The notes under the pieces are model-generated. The model did no database searches. It worked only from the letters and a program-made list of their open reading frames with translations, and had not been told where the DNA came from. A stretch of DNA of 50,163 nt from a virus (lineage: Duplodnaviria; Caudoviricetes), in IMG/VR virus record IMGVR_UViG_3300009528_000007, positions 1 through 50,163 of that record. One strand, 5' to 3'. Below, piece by piece: positions 17,287 through 26,067 of the stretch (position 1 is its first letter; each line of letters begins with the position of its first letter). A program made the translations under genes and the position numbers.

Positions 17287-17314
17287 GGTTCGCATAACTA
17301 CTATTATGTCAACT
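17287..17314 (+). repeat. dif-like site D9: GGTTCGCATAA CTACTA TTATGTCAACT (candidate attP or dimer-resolution site)
   Basis: Best match to canonical dif; alone in a non-coding region of about 400 bp. Confidence 0.8.
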
Positions 17315-17504
17315 AGAATCGCTGATAATGCACAAGTTACCCCTGATAATCCCCTCATACCCCGAGATCGCTTCAAGAGAGAGCCAAAACCCCCATTTTC
17401 GTTTATTATCATAGATTACCTGCCCTAGAGTATAGGCTACAAAACAAGCATATATAATATAAGGGGTATAATAAAGGGGTAAAGAGGAGTACTTCATAAA
17501 AGAC

Positions 17505-17533
17505 TTGACATAAGGTGTGTTTTACTTTATTAT
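17505..17533 (+). promoter_or_regulatory. sigma70-like promoter TTGACA-N17-TATTAT
   Basis: ATG at 17541 lies at the predicted +1 (leaderless). Confidence 0.65.
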
Positions 17534-17540
17534 TTACAAC

Positions 17541-18176
17541 ATGAGTTTGGGGTGGCCAGAAGATTTTATCAATAAGATAATCTGTGGAGACTGCCTTGAA
17601 GTGATGAAGGATATGCCTGATGGGTGTGTGGATTTAATAATAACTGACCCACCGAGGGGCATTGATTTAGATTATGGTAAATATTGTGATAATAGGGATA
17701 ATTTAGGGGAGCTAATAAAGAAAATAATGCCTGAGATACTCAGGGTGGGAAAGAGAGTTTTAATAGCATGCGGTTTATTAGAAATAAATTTTTACCCACA
17801 ACCAGATTGGATATTAGCATGGGTTTATAAGGGGGGCAACAATCGGTGTAGCTGGGGGTTCCAATGCTGGCAGCCAATCTTGGCTTATGGAAAAGACCCA
17901 TACTTACAAGATGGATTAGGTGGACGACCTGATATTATTTTCGATAACAGACCACCCGCAAAAAGTGAGCATCCTTGTCCTAAGCCAATTCAGTTTTGGG
18001 AAAACTTACTTTTGCGAGGAAGCGTTAGGGAAGAAGATGTTGTTCTTGATCCATTTTTAGGCTCTGGAACAACAGTAGAGGTGTGTAAACTGACACACCG
18101 CAATTTCATCGGCATAGAGATAAACCCTGACTACTGCAAGATAGCCGAGGAGAGGCTGGCCCAAGGTGTTCTATGA
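17541..18176 (+). CDS. DNA N6-A/N4-C methyltransferase (beta class)
   Basis: GDCLEVM, DLIITDPP(R), HPCPKP, LDPFLGSGTT and GIEINPDY motifs. Confidence 0.9.
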   Translation: MSLGWPEDFINKIICGDCLEVMKDMPDGCVDLIITDPPRGIDLDYGKYCDNRDNLGELIKKIMPEILRVGKRVLIACGLLEINFYPQPDWILAWVYKGGNNRCSWGFQCWQPILAYGKDPYLQDGLGGRPDIIFDNRPPAKSEHPCPKPIQFWENLLLRGSVREEDVVLDPFLGSGTTVEVCKLTHRNFIGIEINPDYCKIAEERLAQGVL

Positions 18177-18177
18177 C

Positions 18178-18206
18178 TTGACATCCCACATGTTTTACTT
18201 TATACT
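18178..18206 (+). promoter_or_regulatory. sigma70-like promoter TTGACA-N17-TATACT
   Basis: Near-consensus. Confidence 0.75.
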
Positions 18207-18224
18207 TTAACACATGGAGTTGAG

Positions 18225-18419
18225 GTGAAGAAGATTACCATTGAAGAGTTTGGTAAGATTATCAAGGCAAGGGATGTGAATATTCCCTTGCCCTTCATGC
18301 CTATATTTGATGAGAATGGAGAGGCGTGGGTAATGGAGGGTACGGTAGAAGAGTACGAGTCTGCGAGGGATTATTTTAAGGAACTTTATAAGGAAAATGA
18401 CAAAATATACCAAACATGA
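18225..18419 (+). CDS. Hypothetical protein
   Basis: ORF track. Confidence 0.5.
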   Translation: MKKITIEEFGKIIKARDVNIPLPFMPIFDENGEAWVMEGTVEEYESARDYFKELYKENDKIYQT

Positions 18420-18696
18420 GAATGACGAGGTTTTCATCATAAAGCTAAACGAGGTGGTGAGGCTTGCTTGTTGTGATTGTGGGCTTGTTCACACAACTGC
18501 TTTTTTAGTTAACAACAACTCTCATTACAGGGAAGCATGTAAGCAGAGTGGATATAAGTTTTTAAAGAAGAATCAGATTGGAGTGGTCATGAGGAGAGGG
18601 CCGAGGGCTACTGCACGGTTGAGGCGGCACAAGTATGGGGATCTTCAACGCCCCATTAGGGGAGATAAGTATAATTTAATGCGGAGGCAAGAATGA
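18397..18696 (+). CDS. Hypothetical protein (CCDCGLVH motif)
   Basis: ORF track. Confidence 0.55.
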   Translation: MTKYTKHENDEVFIIKLNEVVRLACCDCGLVHTTAFLVNNNSHYREACKQSGYKFLKKNQIGVVMRRGPRATARLRRHKYGDLQRPIRGDKYNLMRRQE

Positions 18697-18944
18697 TATA
18701 CAAGTTAATCGGGTGGTATTTAAAGAGACAGAGAATAAGGAGAAAAAGGACATTGAGGGAGTTTTGTCTTACCCAGAGGTATGATGCAAGTACAATTAGT
18801 AGGTTAGAGAGGGGGTATTATTTTAAGATTGCCCCCGAAATGGAGTATTTTCATAGAAGCCACAGGTTGGTGAATGGTGAGTGGGTAGAGATAGCCGATA
18901 TTAAGGAGGGAACAAGGGTTGCTAGTTTTGGCAAGGAGGACTAA
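18693..18944 (+). CDS. XRE-like HTH protein
   Basis: TLREFC....DASTISRLERG. Confidence 0.6.
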   Translation: MIYKLIGWYLKRQRIRRKRTLREFCLTQRYDASTISRLERGYYFKIAPEMEYFHRSHRLVNGEWVEIADIKEGTRVASFGKED

Positions 18945-19241
18945 ATGACAAAAACACTTATAGATAAGAACAAGTATAGTGAAAACGCCAGGTTAAAGAA
19001 AGGGGAGCTTTTGGAATGGCTTGAAGGTCTCTTTAAATCAAAGGGATTAACCATAAGAGCGTGGACAACTAGAGATGAACAAGCCTACCGACAAATAAAA
19101 GAGCTGATCCAGAAGCCAGGGGTCACCGAGGAGTTCGTGGGGAAGTGGACTGAAGAATTTGCGGCTTGTAATGATTATCCAATGACGGGGGATTTATTAA
19201 GAGAAATGCTCAAAGAGGCGGGCATGGGGGTATCGGGGTAA
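18945..19241 (+). CDS. Hypothetical protein
   Basis: AGGAGG RBS. Confidence 0.55.
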   Translation: MTKTLIDKNKYSENARLKKGELLEWLEGLFKSKGLTIRAWTTRDEQAYRQIKELIQKPGVTEEFVGKWTEEFAACNDYPMTGDLLREMLKEAGMGVSG

Positions 19242-19300
19242 GGCGTAACGAACTATGGTATGTTTTTGTTACAGGAGTGTACACGCTTCATGGACAAGAC

Positions 19301-19329
19301 TTGACAATGAACATGATTTACTTTATAAT
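19301..19329 (+). promoter_or_regulatory. sigma70 promoter TTGACA-N17-TATAAT
   Basis: Perfect consensus. Confidence 0.85.
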
Positions 19330-19348
19330 CTTCATTAGGAGGTAACAC

Positions 19349-19567
19349 ATGATGCATTCTTGTCCTGAATTAGATAAGTATGATTTACAGGATTATGACA
19401 AGCCCCCACATTGGCTTAGCCCTAGCTTAAAGGATTCACCCGATGGGGATGCCTTGATATTCACGGTTGTGTACACGAATACAGAAGACAATACAAAAGT
19501 AGGCATGGGGATGAAATTTGATTTTTGCCCTTGTTGTGGTGAGAAAATAAGGGGTCGAGATGAGTAA
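19349..19567 (+). CDS. Hypothetical protein (FCPCCGEK C-terminus)
   Basis: AGGAGG RBS. Confidence 0.6.
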   Translation: MMHSCPELDKYDLQDYDKPPHWLSPSLKDSPDGDALIFTVVYTNTEDNTKVGMGMKFDFCPCCGEKIRGRDE

Positions 19568-19820
19568 AGAGCAAGAGATCCAGGACGGGCTAGAGAAGTA
19601 CTGGGGTCAGTTGGATAGGATTGAAGAATCTACGATTTTCCTGCGCAATCAAATCAACAGATTTGACAAGGTGGAGAGGATGTTGAAATGGCTTGTGGTG
19701 AAGAGACTCGATGATGAGAGATATTTTTATAGTCTTGATGGGAGAACATATCACTACAGTAGGCTTCAAAAAATGATTCCCGACATAAGTGACATCCTCG
19801 ATGACGTGGAGAAGAAATGA
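19560..19820 (+). CDS. Paralogue 1 of the MLKWLV...PDISDIL family
   Basis: Shares both motifs with its neighbours. Confidence 0.65.
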   Translation: MSKEQEIQDGLEKYWGQLDRIEESTIFLRNQINRFDKVERMLKWLVVKRLDDERYFYSLDGRTYHYSRLQKMIPDISDILDDVEKK

Positions 19821-20122
19821 AAAAAGTAAATAGAGCACAGCAACAACCACAAACTAAGGGAGATTGGCCCCCTAAAAGCCCTTGTGTCAGTCAGGCTACT
19901 TCTAAAATGACAGATGAAATAAAAGAACTTTTACATGATACAATAAACACAGGAGTACAAAACAACAGAATGCTCAAGTGGCTTGTGGTGAGATGTAATG
20001 TTGATGGTATTGAAAATGCGAGTTTTCATGCAGATGAAGAGAAGGCTAAGAAACTCTTAGAAGCCGCAGAGCACTTAGCGGTAGATTTGCCCGACATCAG
20101 CGACATCTTGGAGGAGAAATGA
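19817..20122 (+). CDS. Paralogue 2 of the MLKWLV...PDISDIL family
   Basis: Shares both motifs. Confidence 0.65.
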   Translation: MKKVNRAQQQPQTKGDWPPKSPCVSQATSKMTDEIKELLHDTINTGVQNNRMLKWLVVRCNVDGIENASFHADEEKAKKLLEAAEHLAVDLPDISDILEEK

Positions 20123-20538
20123 AGAAGAAAACAAAAATTAATAGAGAAGAAGCCAAGGAATTACTTTACGATTTATATTGGCACGAGAAGAAATCGATAA
20201 GAGAAATAGCAAAGATAATAAAAGCAGACCCTGCTACTGTCCGGGATTGGCTAAAATATCACAATATTAAAACAAGAAACCTCAAGGAGTCTAGCAAAAA
20301 TAGAGGCATGTTTAAAGAAAAACATTATAATTGGAAAGGGGGGAAGCTCACCTACTGGGGTCGTGTAGCACGTAGAGCGTGGGGCGAATATTGGGGAGAA
20401 GAAGTTTCTAAGGGTTATGTTATTCATCATGTAGACAGAAATAAAGAAAATAACGACATTTGCAATTTGGCGCTAATTACGAAAAAACTTCACAGTCAGA
20501 TTCATGTAAAGAGGGATTATTATGAACACGCGAGATAA
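20119..20538 (+). CDS. HNH homing endonuclease with N-terminal HTH
   Basis: IHHVDRNKENNDICNL...HSQIH; NWKGG. Confidence 0.8.
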   Translation: MKKKTKINREEAKELLYDLYWHEKKSIREIAKIIKADPATVRDWLKYHNIKTRNLKESSKNRGMFKEKHYNWKGGKLTYWGRVARRAWGEYWGEEVSKGYVIHHVDRNKENNDICNLALITKKLHSQIHVKRDYYEHAR

Positions 20539-20677
20539 AAAATTAAATGAAATACACAAAATGCTGAGATGGCTCATAGCTGAGGCGATCTATACAGACG
20601 GAGATGTATTGGACGAGATGAGGCTGAAGGCGGAGTGTAACCAGCCTGATATTACGGATATTCTGGAGGGGAAGTGA
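20522..20677 (+). CDS. Paralogue 3, 51 aa (MNTRDKK...MLRWLIA...QPDITDILEGK)
   Basis: Manual translation; not in the ORF track. Confidence 0.65.
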   Translation: MNTRDKKLNEIHKMLRWLIAEAIYTDGDVLDEMRLKAECNQPDITDILEGK

Positions 20678-20988
20678 AACAGCTAGATCGTATCGAGCAA
20701 GCTCTTGAACGCCTAGAGAGGTATTTAATATATCTCAGAAGGGGGTTAATTTGTATTTATCCCCATGGTTCACCAGAGAGGGATGTTTTACATGAGCTTG
20801 AGATACACGATAAATTACATGGTGAGTTCATGGACATTCCAGATAATATTCGGAAAATATGGGATATCCCCATTCCTGAAGATGGGCAGTGTATTTGCCC
20901 CACTTGTGAGGAGAGAAGGAAGAGAAACAAGGATAAAAAGTGTAAGTGGTGGAGGCCGATGCGTTCTGTAAAAAAGGAGTCTAAGTGA
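20674..20988 (+). CDS. Hypothetical protein, distant member of the paralogue family (QLDRIE)
   Basis: ORF track. Confidence 0.5.
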   Translation: MKQLDRIEQALERLERYLIYLRRGLICIYPHGSPERDVLHELEIHDKLHGEFMDIPDNIRKIWDIPIPEDGQCICPTCEERRKRNKDKKCKWWRPMRSVKKESK

Positions 20989-21194
20989 ACTCCCTCGATC
21001 GTGCCTACAAGCGATTGATGAAGGACTCAAGGGAGTATCTCTCTGATATTGTGAAGAAATACAATAAGGCGAACACAGACAAGGAGAAGGCACTGAGGGT
21101 GCTGCATACTTACCGACATTTCTTTGGGGTTGCGGCACATCTCTGCACCTTGCATGAGGATATCAAGAATGGGAAGTTTGAGGAGGGGGGATGA
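20985..21194 (+). CDS. Hypothetical protein
   Basis: ORF track. Confidence 0.5.
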   Translation: MNSLDRAYKRLMKDSREYLSDIVKKYNKANTDKEKALRVLHTYRHFFGVAAHLCTLHEDIKNGKFEEGG

Positions 21195-21367
21195 GCGAAA
21201 CAACCTTACGGCAAATTGAAATGTTAACCAATGCCTGGGATACTATCGCCAATATGTTTATCAAGGATAAAGAATTAAGAGAAAGAAAAAACACTCTTCT
21301 CGATAAGCTTACGGGAAAAATTCTTGATAAAGTAGATTTTTATTTTAAATCGGACAAGGCTGGGTGA
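21191..21367 (+). CDS. Hypothetical protein, 58 aa (MSETTLRQ...)
   Basis: Manual translation; GGAGG RBS. Confidence 0.55.
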   Translation: MSETTLRQIEMLTNAWDTIANMFIKDKELRERKNTLLDKLTGKILDKVDFYFKSDKAG

Positions 21368-21649
21368 GAAAAGATTGGTGACTTTGTAGGTAAGCTAAAC
21401 AATAAACCCACCATGGACGGAGAGCGTTGTTAACGCTCCATGCATACCGTAGACACCATATGACCCCAGCCTTGACCTCCCGAGTTGGTCGTATGATGTG
21501 GTTTGGGTGGTCAGTTGAGTAAGATTAGTCAGCGTGGTGAGTAATGAGAACAAGGCTTAAGCGAATCTTTCAGATAGCGATCATCTGCCTCTTGTGGGGC
21601 GTGGTTGTCTGTGGTATTCTTTTTTTGGTGTTTATAGTGAGGTGAGGAT

Positions 21650-22072
21650 ATGAGAGAGACTAAATTCAGGGCTTGGGACAAGAATGGAAAGCAGATGTAT
21701 TATCCAGGTGACTTTCCTCCCTCCGAGGAAACTACGGCACACTTAATATCTGTGGACATGGAGGGCATGGGACTCCTCTTTGATGGACAACCTATCGCCT
21801 GCGATGAATGCGGAAGCTTTGCCTATCTCACTCCAGATAGATATATCCTCATGCAATACACGGGCTTAAGGGACAAGAACGGCAAGGAGATTTATGAGGG
21901 TGATATCTATTTCAATGACAGATGGACGGGAGGATGTAAGGGACAAGCTGTAGAATGGGATGGTAGGGGTGGATTTGTTTGTTTTTGTGATGGGGAGTAT
22001 GGAGAGAACCATGAGGAGGTAGAAATCATCGGCAACATCTATGAGAACCCCGAGCTTTTAGAAGAAAAATAA
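21650..22072 (+). CDS. YopX-family phage protein
   Basis: MRETKFRAWD...LMQYTGLRDKNGKEIYEGDI...EIIGNIYENPELLE. Confidence 0.9.
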   Translation: MRETKFRAWDKNGKQMYYPGDFPPSEETTAHLISVDMEGMGLLFDGQPIACDECGSFAYLTPDRYILMQYTGLRDKNGKEIYEGDIYFNDRWTGGCKGQAVEWDGRGGFVCFCDGEYGENHEEVEIIGNIYENPELLEEK

Positions 22073-22157
22073 AAATAAATTCACTGTATATATAATACAG
22101 CCTTTCCAGTAAAATAAAGCTTGACAAATCGGGGGGTAGATCACCATATTAATTAAT

Positions 22158-22347
22158 GGTGACGTGCCTGAAGTAACCCTTTCACTTTCGGGGTAAGGGA
22201 ACCTGCCTTGCTGAATACACAGCAATGTATAAGGCGGGGGTGCTTGGCAATGCAAGATTATTGAATGATATCAATAAGCTAGTTGGTGGTCAAGTTGAAA
22301 GCATGTTTGCCTCTCGTAGCTGGGGAGTAGATAACCTTTCCGTTACC
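22158..22347 (+). ncRNA. Candidate structured ncRNA of about 190 nt
   Basis: Starts just downstream of a TTGACA..CATATT promoter; ends pair (GGUGACG/CGUUACC); several internal hairpins. Confidence 0.45.
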
Positions 22348-22357
22348 GCTTAATACC

Positions 22358-22564
22358 ATGAAAGACAAAGAAGCAAGGGTTCCCTTATTCACTATCGGGT
22401 TTAAGCTTGATGAACAAGGTAATCTTGTTATGGATACATTTCGTGTGTACAATGAATTTATGAAACTATCTATGGAATTACAACATGAACTGATAAATGG
22501 AGCCATGGAAGAACTGGGAGAGAGGCCAGCATGCGCTGGTAGGGAGAAATTAAGTCTTAATTAA
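22358..22564 (+). CDS. Hypothetical protein
   Basis: ORF track. Confidence 0.5.
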   Translation: MKDKEARVPLFTIGFKLDEQGNLVMDTFRVYNEFMKLSMELQHELINGAMEELGERPACAGREKLSLN

Positions 22565-22605
22565 TAATGCTTGGGGAAGCATGAGACTTGTTATGGAGAT
22601 GATTT

Positions 22606-22776
22606 TTGCCGTATAGGGTTTCTGGAAAAAGGGTTTTACACAAGAAGGGTGGCAAGTGGAAGACGAAACAGGTGTGTGCGTCTCCTGCCGCGGCGAAGAA
22701 AGCGGTGAATCTACTTCGTGGGGTAGAACACGGTTGGAAACCCACTAGCAGGCTTGCGAGAAGGAGAAAGAAGTAA
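22606..22776 (+). CDS. Small basic protein, 56 aa (MPYRVSGKRVLHKKGGKW...RGVEHGWKPT)
   Basis: Manual translation; TTG start after GGAG. Confidence 0.55.
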   Translation: MPYRVSGKRVLHKKGGKWKTKQVCASPAAAKKAVNLLRGVEHGWKPTSRLARRRKK

Positions 22777-22990
22777 CATGGAATCAAAGAAAAAGAAGAA
22801 GGAAGTTAAGGATTGCCCACACTGTGGGAAATGTCCCGTGTGCGGACGGCGGAACATTGAGGTGCAACCTTGGTATCCGTATTATCCATATCCTTATCAG
22901 CCGTATCCCTATACTACTAATCCTTGGGATACTGGTACTACATGGACTTCTGATAGTACAGGTAACGATACAACTATTACTTTTAGTTAG
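22754..22990 (+). CDS. Hypothetical protein, PY-rich with zinc knuckle
   Basis: CPHCGKCPVCG followed by YP repeats. Confidence 0.55.
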   Translation: MREGERSNMESKKKKKEVKDCPHCGKCPVCGRRNIEVQPWYPYYPYPYQPYPYTTNPWDTGTTWTSDSTGNDTTITFS

Positions 22991-23162
22991 GATGATTTAA
23001 TGCCTCTCTGGAAATGTGGGAATTGTATGCATGAGTGGGAGGGGCAATTCAATGAACCATGCGATTGGTGTGGTGGTATTCAAGTTAGGATATTACAAAA
23101 AACCACGCCCTTTGAAGAATGGATAGAAGATTTTATTAAAAGTCAGCAAAAGGGGTTAAATA

Positions 23163-23816
23163 GTGGCTAGGGGTAGAAAAACAGGTGGGCGACAAAAAGA
23201 AGGAGTAAATAAAACCTGTAAAATTTGTGGGGAAGCATTTTATGTTCCTCAATGTAGAAAGGAGTCTGCAATATGTTGTTCTACCGAATGTAGAATAAAG
23301 GCTTGGTCTAAGGCTGGGAGGGACAGTCGTCGCAGGGTTGTTGCGTGTCCTGGTTGTGGTGATAATAAAAAGCATCATAGTCGGGGATTTTGTCATTCTT
23401 GTTACAATAAATTTATATGGAATAAAAATCCAAAAAAACTTGAATATGACAAAACATATTATTTAGCAAATAAAGAATATCTAAAAAAAGCCGCTGGACA
23501 ATATAGAAAAACATTAGCTGGAAAGTTGTCTCATAGGAAAAATTATTACAGTCGTGGTGGGAAAGCTCAATATAACACACAAGAAGTTAAAAGGGCTATT
23601 TATTTTAATTTCTTTAAATATGGGGGACATCATTGCGAGAATTGTAAGACATTTCTAGGTGATTCTCAGCGTTGGTTTTATCAGGTAGACCACATTCACG
23701 CTTTAACAAAGGGTGGTCTAACCGAGTTTAATAATCTACAGATTTTGTGTCAAAAATGTAACCTAGATAAGCGGGGAAAGACAATTGATTATAGGTTTAG
23801 GGAATTAAATGCCTAA
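23163..23816 (+). CDS. HNH endonuclease
   Basis: CENC...QVDHIH....GG....NNLQILCQKCNLDK. Confidence 0.85.
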   Translation: MARGRKTGGRQKEGVNKTCKICGEAFYVPQCRKESAICCSTECRIKAWSKAGRDSRRRVVACPGCGDNKKHHSRGFCHSCYNKFIWNKNPKKLEYDKTYYLANKEYLKKAAGQYRKTLAGKLSHRKNYYSRGGKAQYNTQEVKRAIYFNFFKYGGHHCENCKTFLGDSQRWFYQVDHIHALTKGGLTEFNNLQILCQKCNLDKRGKTIDYRFRELNA

Positions 23817-25794
23817 GAAGACAAAAAAAATAACAAAACAACAGAAAGAACAAGCCACAAAAGAAGACATTACGGGTTTTAAAGGAGGATTTGAAGTCAA
23901 CCTCTCTAGGGTTATGGAGTCTGGCGAGAAGCTCAGGGATGTACTCTCGCAGCATGTCGGTCAAACCTTGGATTTGGAGTTAAAGAACCAGGAAGACCTC
24001 ATAAACAAACTCCCTTACTGGCATGACCAGTATCGGGGTAAAAGAGAACCCAAGTCATTTCCTTGGGAGAATTGTGCCAACGTGGCAATTCCCCTCACTC
24101 GATCCAACACAGATGCTATCTTCGTAAGAATCATAGATGCAATCTTCAATAAAGTAAAACTCTGGATAGCAAAAGCACAGACGAAAGAGTTTGTCGGGTT
24201 TGATAAGGAACTTGAAGACCAGCTTAACTGGTTTCAGAAGAATGTTCTTCAGCTTAAAAAGAAGTTATTCTCCCCTCTACTTGAATGCGTAAAAACTGGG
24301 ACTGGGATTGTGATGATAACTAATGTGGAGAGGCATGATGAACGGATGGCCTATGCTACTCCTGCGGAACTGAAGGATAAAGATGTTAAAAAATATTCGG
24401 CAAAGGGAACTCCAAGTAAATTAGTTAAGCGAATAGATAAAACCTATACTGGCCCAGATATTTTTCCCATTCCGAGAAGTGACTGGGTAATGTCTTCTGA
24501 TGCTACGAGTATTGATGATGCCTATATGTGCGGATTCAGGAGCAGGTTTAGAAAACCCCAGATTGACCTAAAGGTAAGGCAGGATTTATATGACAAAGAA
24601 GAAGCCGAGAAATTAACTCAACCAGATGAGGTTGATGAGGCCACGAAGCGCAGGGCCGAGGCTCAGGGCAAAGAGATTAAGAAGACAGAATACGAAGGGC
24701 CTTATGAAATCTGGCAACTGCACATGTACTATGATGTGGATGAAGATGGCGAAGAAGATGATATCGTTATCAGCTATCATAGGAATACGGGGGCTATTTT
24801 AAGGTGTATTTATAACCCATTATTTAAGAAGTTTCGACCCTTTCAGGATTTTATTTTCTATCCCACCGAGTATTGTTCTGATGGAGAGGGTATCTGTGAG
24901 ATCCTTGAGCCACTCCAGAAAGTAGCTGATACAATTACGAACCAGAGGCTTGACACCATGACGCTGATGAATGCGCCGTGGATATTTGTTAGGGCTGGTG
25001 CAGGGATTGATGATCTCAAGCCATCACCAGGTAAGGTTACACCCATAAATGACGAACTGGAGGGTGCTATCAAGATTATTCAGCACCCAGGGCCACCCCC
25101 AGTAACATTCCAGAGTGAGGACAGGATTAATGCCTACGCCGACAGGGCAGTGGGGATTACACCTGCTGTTATGGGGATATCTACTGCTGAGAGGCCCGTT
25201 GCCAAGGAGACCCTGGCTTTACAGCAAGAAGCGAATAAGAAATTCAAGGCTGGAATAGATAATCTTCGAGATAAATTTACCGAATTTGTTTGGAAGCTTA
25301 TTGATTTCTTTACTCAATATCAACCAACCTACAAGTATGGTGATATGGGGGAAGAGCAAACAATAAAGTTTCCCACTGAATACATGAGAGATGGGATAAA
25401 TATCGAACTTGCCACGTCTTCCGAGATGTTGAACCAAGAGATAAGGCGGGAGATTACTTTAACCATATATCAGATTTTAAGTGACTATATGACCAAGATT
25501 GCTGGTATGGGACAGATGATAACAAGTAAAGAAGTGCCGAGTGATTTTAAAAAGTTACTTGTCGAAGGAAATAAGATTAGCGTGAAATTACTAAATAGAC
25601 TACTTGAGGATTTCGAGATTAAAGATGCTGAAGACCTTGTTCTGGATATTGAAAAGAGCATGGATACGAAGAAGGCGATACAGGAGAGTATCGATCTCAT
25701 GCAACCACAGCCCCAGCCTGGGCAGGGGGGCGCACCACAACCAGGTCAGGTGAGACCACCACAGGGAGTTAAGCCGCCACAGGCACCGATGTAA
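23809..25794 (+). CDS. Portal protein (P22/T7-like podovirus type)
   Basis: 661 aa; FPWENCANVAIPLT, GTGIV, GEGI.E.L.PLQ...N motifs; PQ-rich tail; precedes scaffold and capsid. Confidence 0.85.
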   Translation: MPKKTKKITKQQKEQATKEDITGFKGGFEVNLSRVMESGEKLRDVLSQHVGQTLDLELKNQEDLINKLPYWHDQYRGKREPKSFPWENCANVAIPLTRSNTDAIFVRIIDAIFNKVKLWIAKAQTKEFVGFDKELEDQLNWFQKNVLQLKKKLFSPLLECVKTGTGIVMITNVERHDERMAYATPAELKDKDVKKYSAKGTPSKLVKRIDKTYTGPDIFPIPRSDWVMSSDATSIDDAYMCGFRSRFRKPQIDLKVRQDLYDKEEAEKLTQPDEVDEATKRRAEAQGKEIKKTEYEGPYEIWQLHMYYDVDEDGEEDDIVISYHRNTGAILRCIYNPLFKKFRPFQDFIFYPTEYCSDGEGICEILEPLQKVADTITNQRLDTMTLMNAPWIFVRAGAGIDDLKPSPGKVTPINDELEGAIKIIQHPGPPPVTFQSEDRINAYADRAVGITPAVMGISTAERPVAKETLALQQEANKKFKAGIDNLRDKFTEFVWKLIDFFTQYQPTYKYGDMGEEQTIKFPTEYMRDGINIELATSSEMLNQEIRREITLTIYQILSDYMTKIAGMGQMITSKEVPSDFKKLLVEGNKISVKLLNRLLEDFEIKDAEDLVLDIEKSMDTKKAIQESIDLMQPQPQPGQGGAPQPGQVRPPQGVKPPQAPM

Positions 25795-26030
25795 TGCCCG
25801 ACGTAATAGAACTTGAAAGAGAACTCGATGAAATCAAGAGAAAGGACTTCTGGGCACTATACATAACAGAAATCGGCAAAGAGAGAGAAAGCGCAGTTAA
25901 TCACTGCATCCAAGATAAAGAGCGAGAGAGTATAAGATTTTTTCAGGGGAAGATACAAGTAATAGACGATATTTTATCTTTACCTAAAAGAATTTTAAAA
26001 GAACTCCGAAATAAAGGTGGGGTAGCGTGA
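25794..26030 (+). CDS. Small head-module protein (QGKI...D.ILSLP family)
   Basis: Typical position between portal and scaffold. Confidence 0.6.
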   Translation: MPDVIELERELDEIKRKDFWALYITEIGKERESAVNHCIQDKERESIRFFQGKIQVIDDILSLPKRILKELRNKGGVA

Positions 26031-26067
26031 AAATCGTCCCACTAAAAAATATATGGAGGAATAATTA

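Noticed and set aside
19560-20677. Diversity-generating retroelement target/template repeats
   Set aside because: No reverse transcriptase; differences between copies are not adenine-specific
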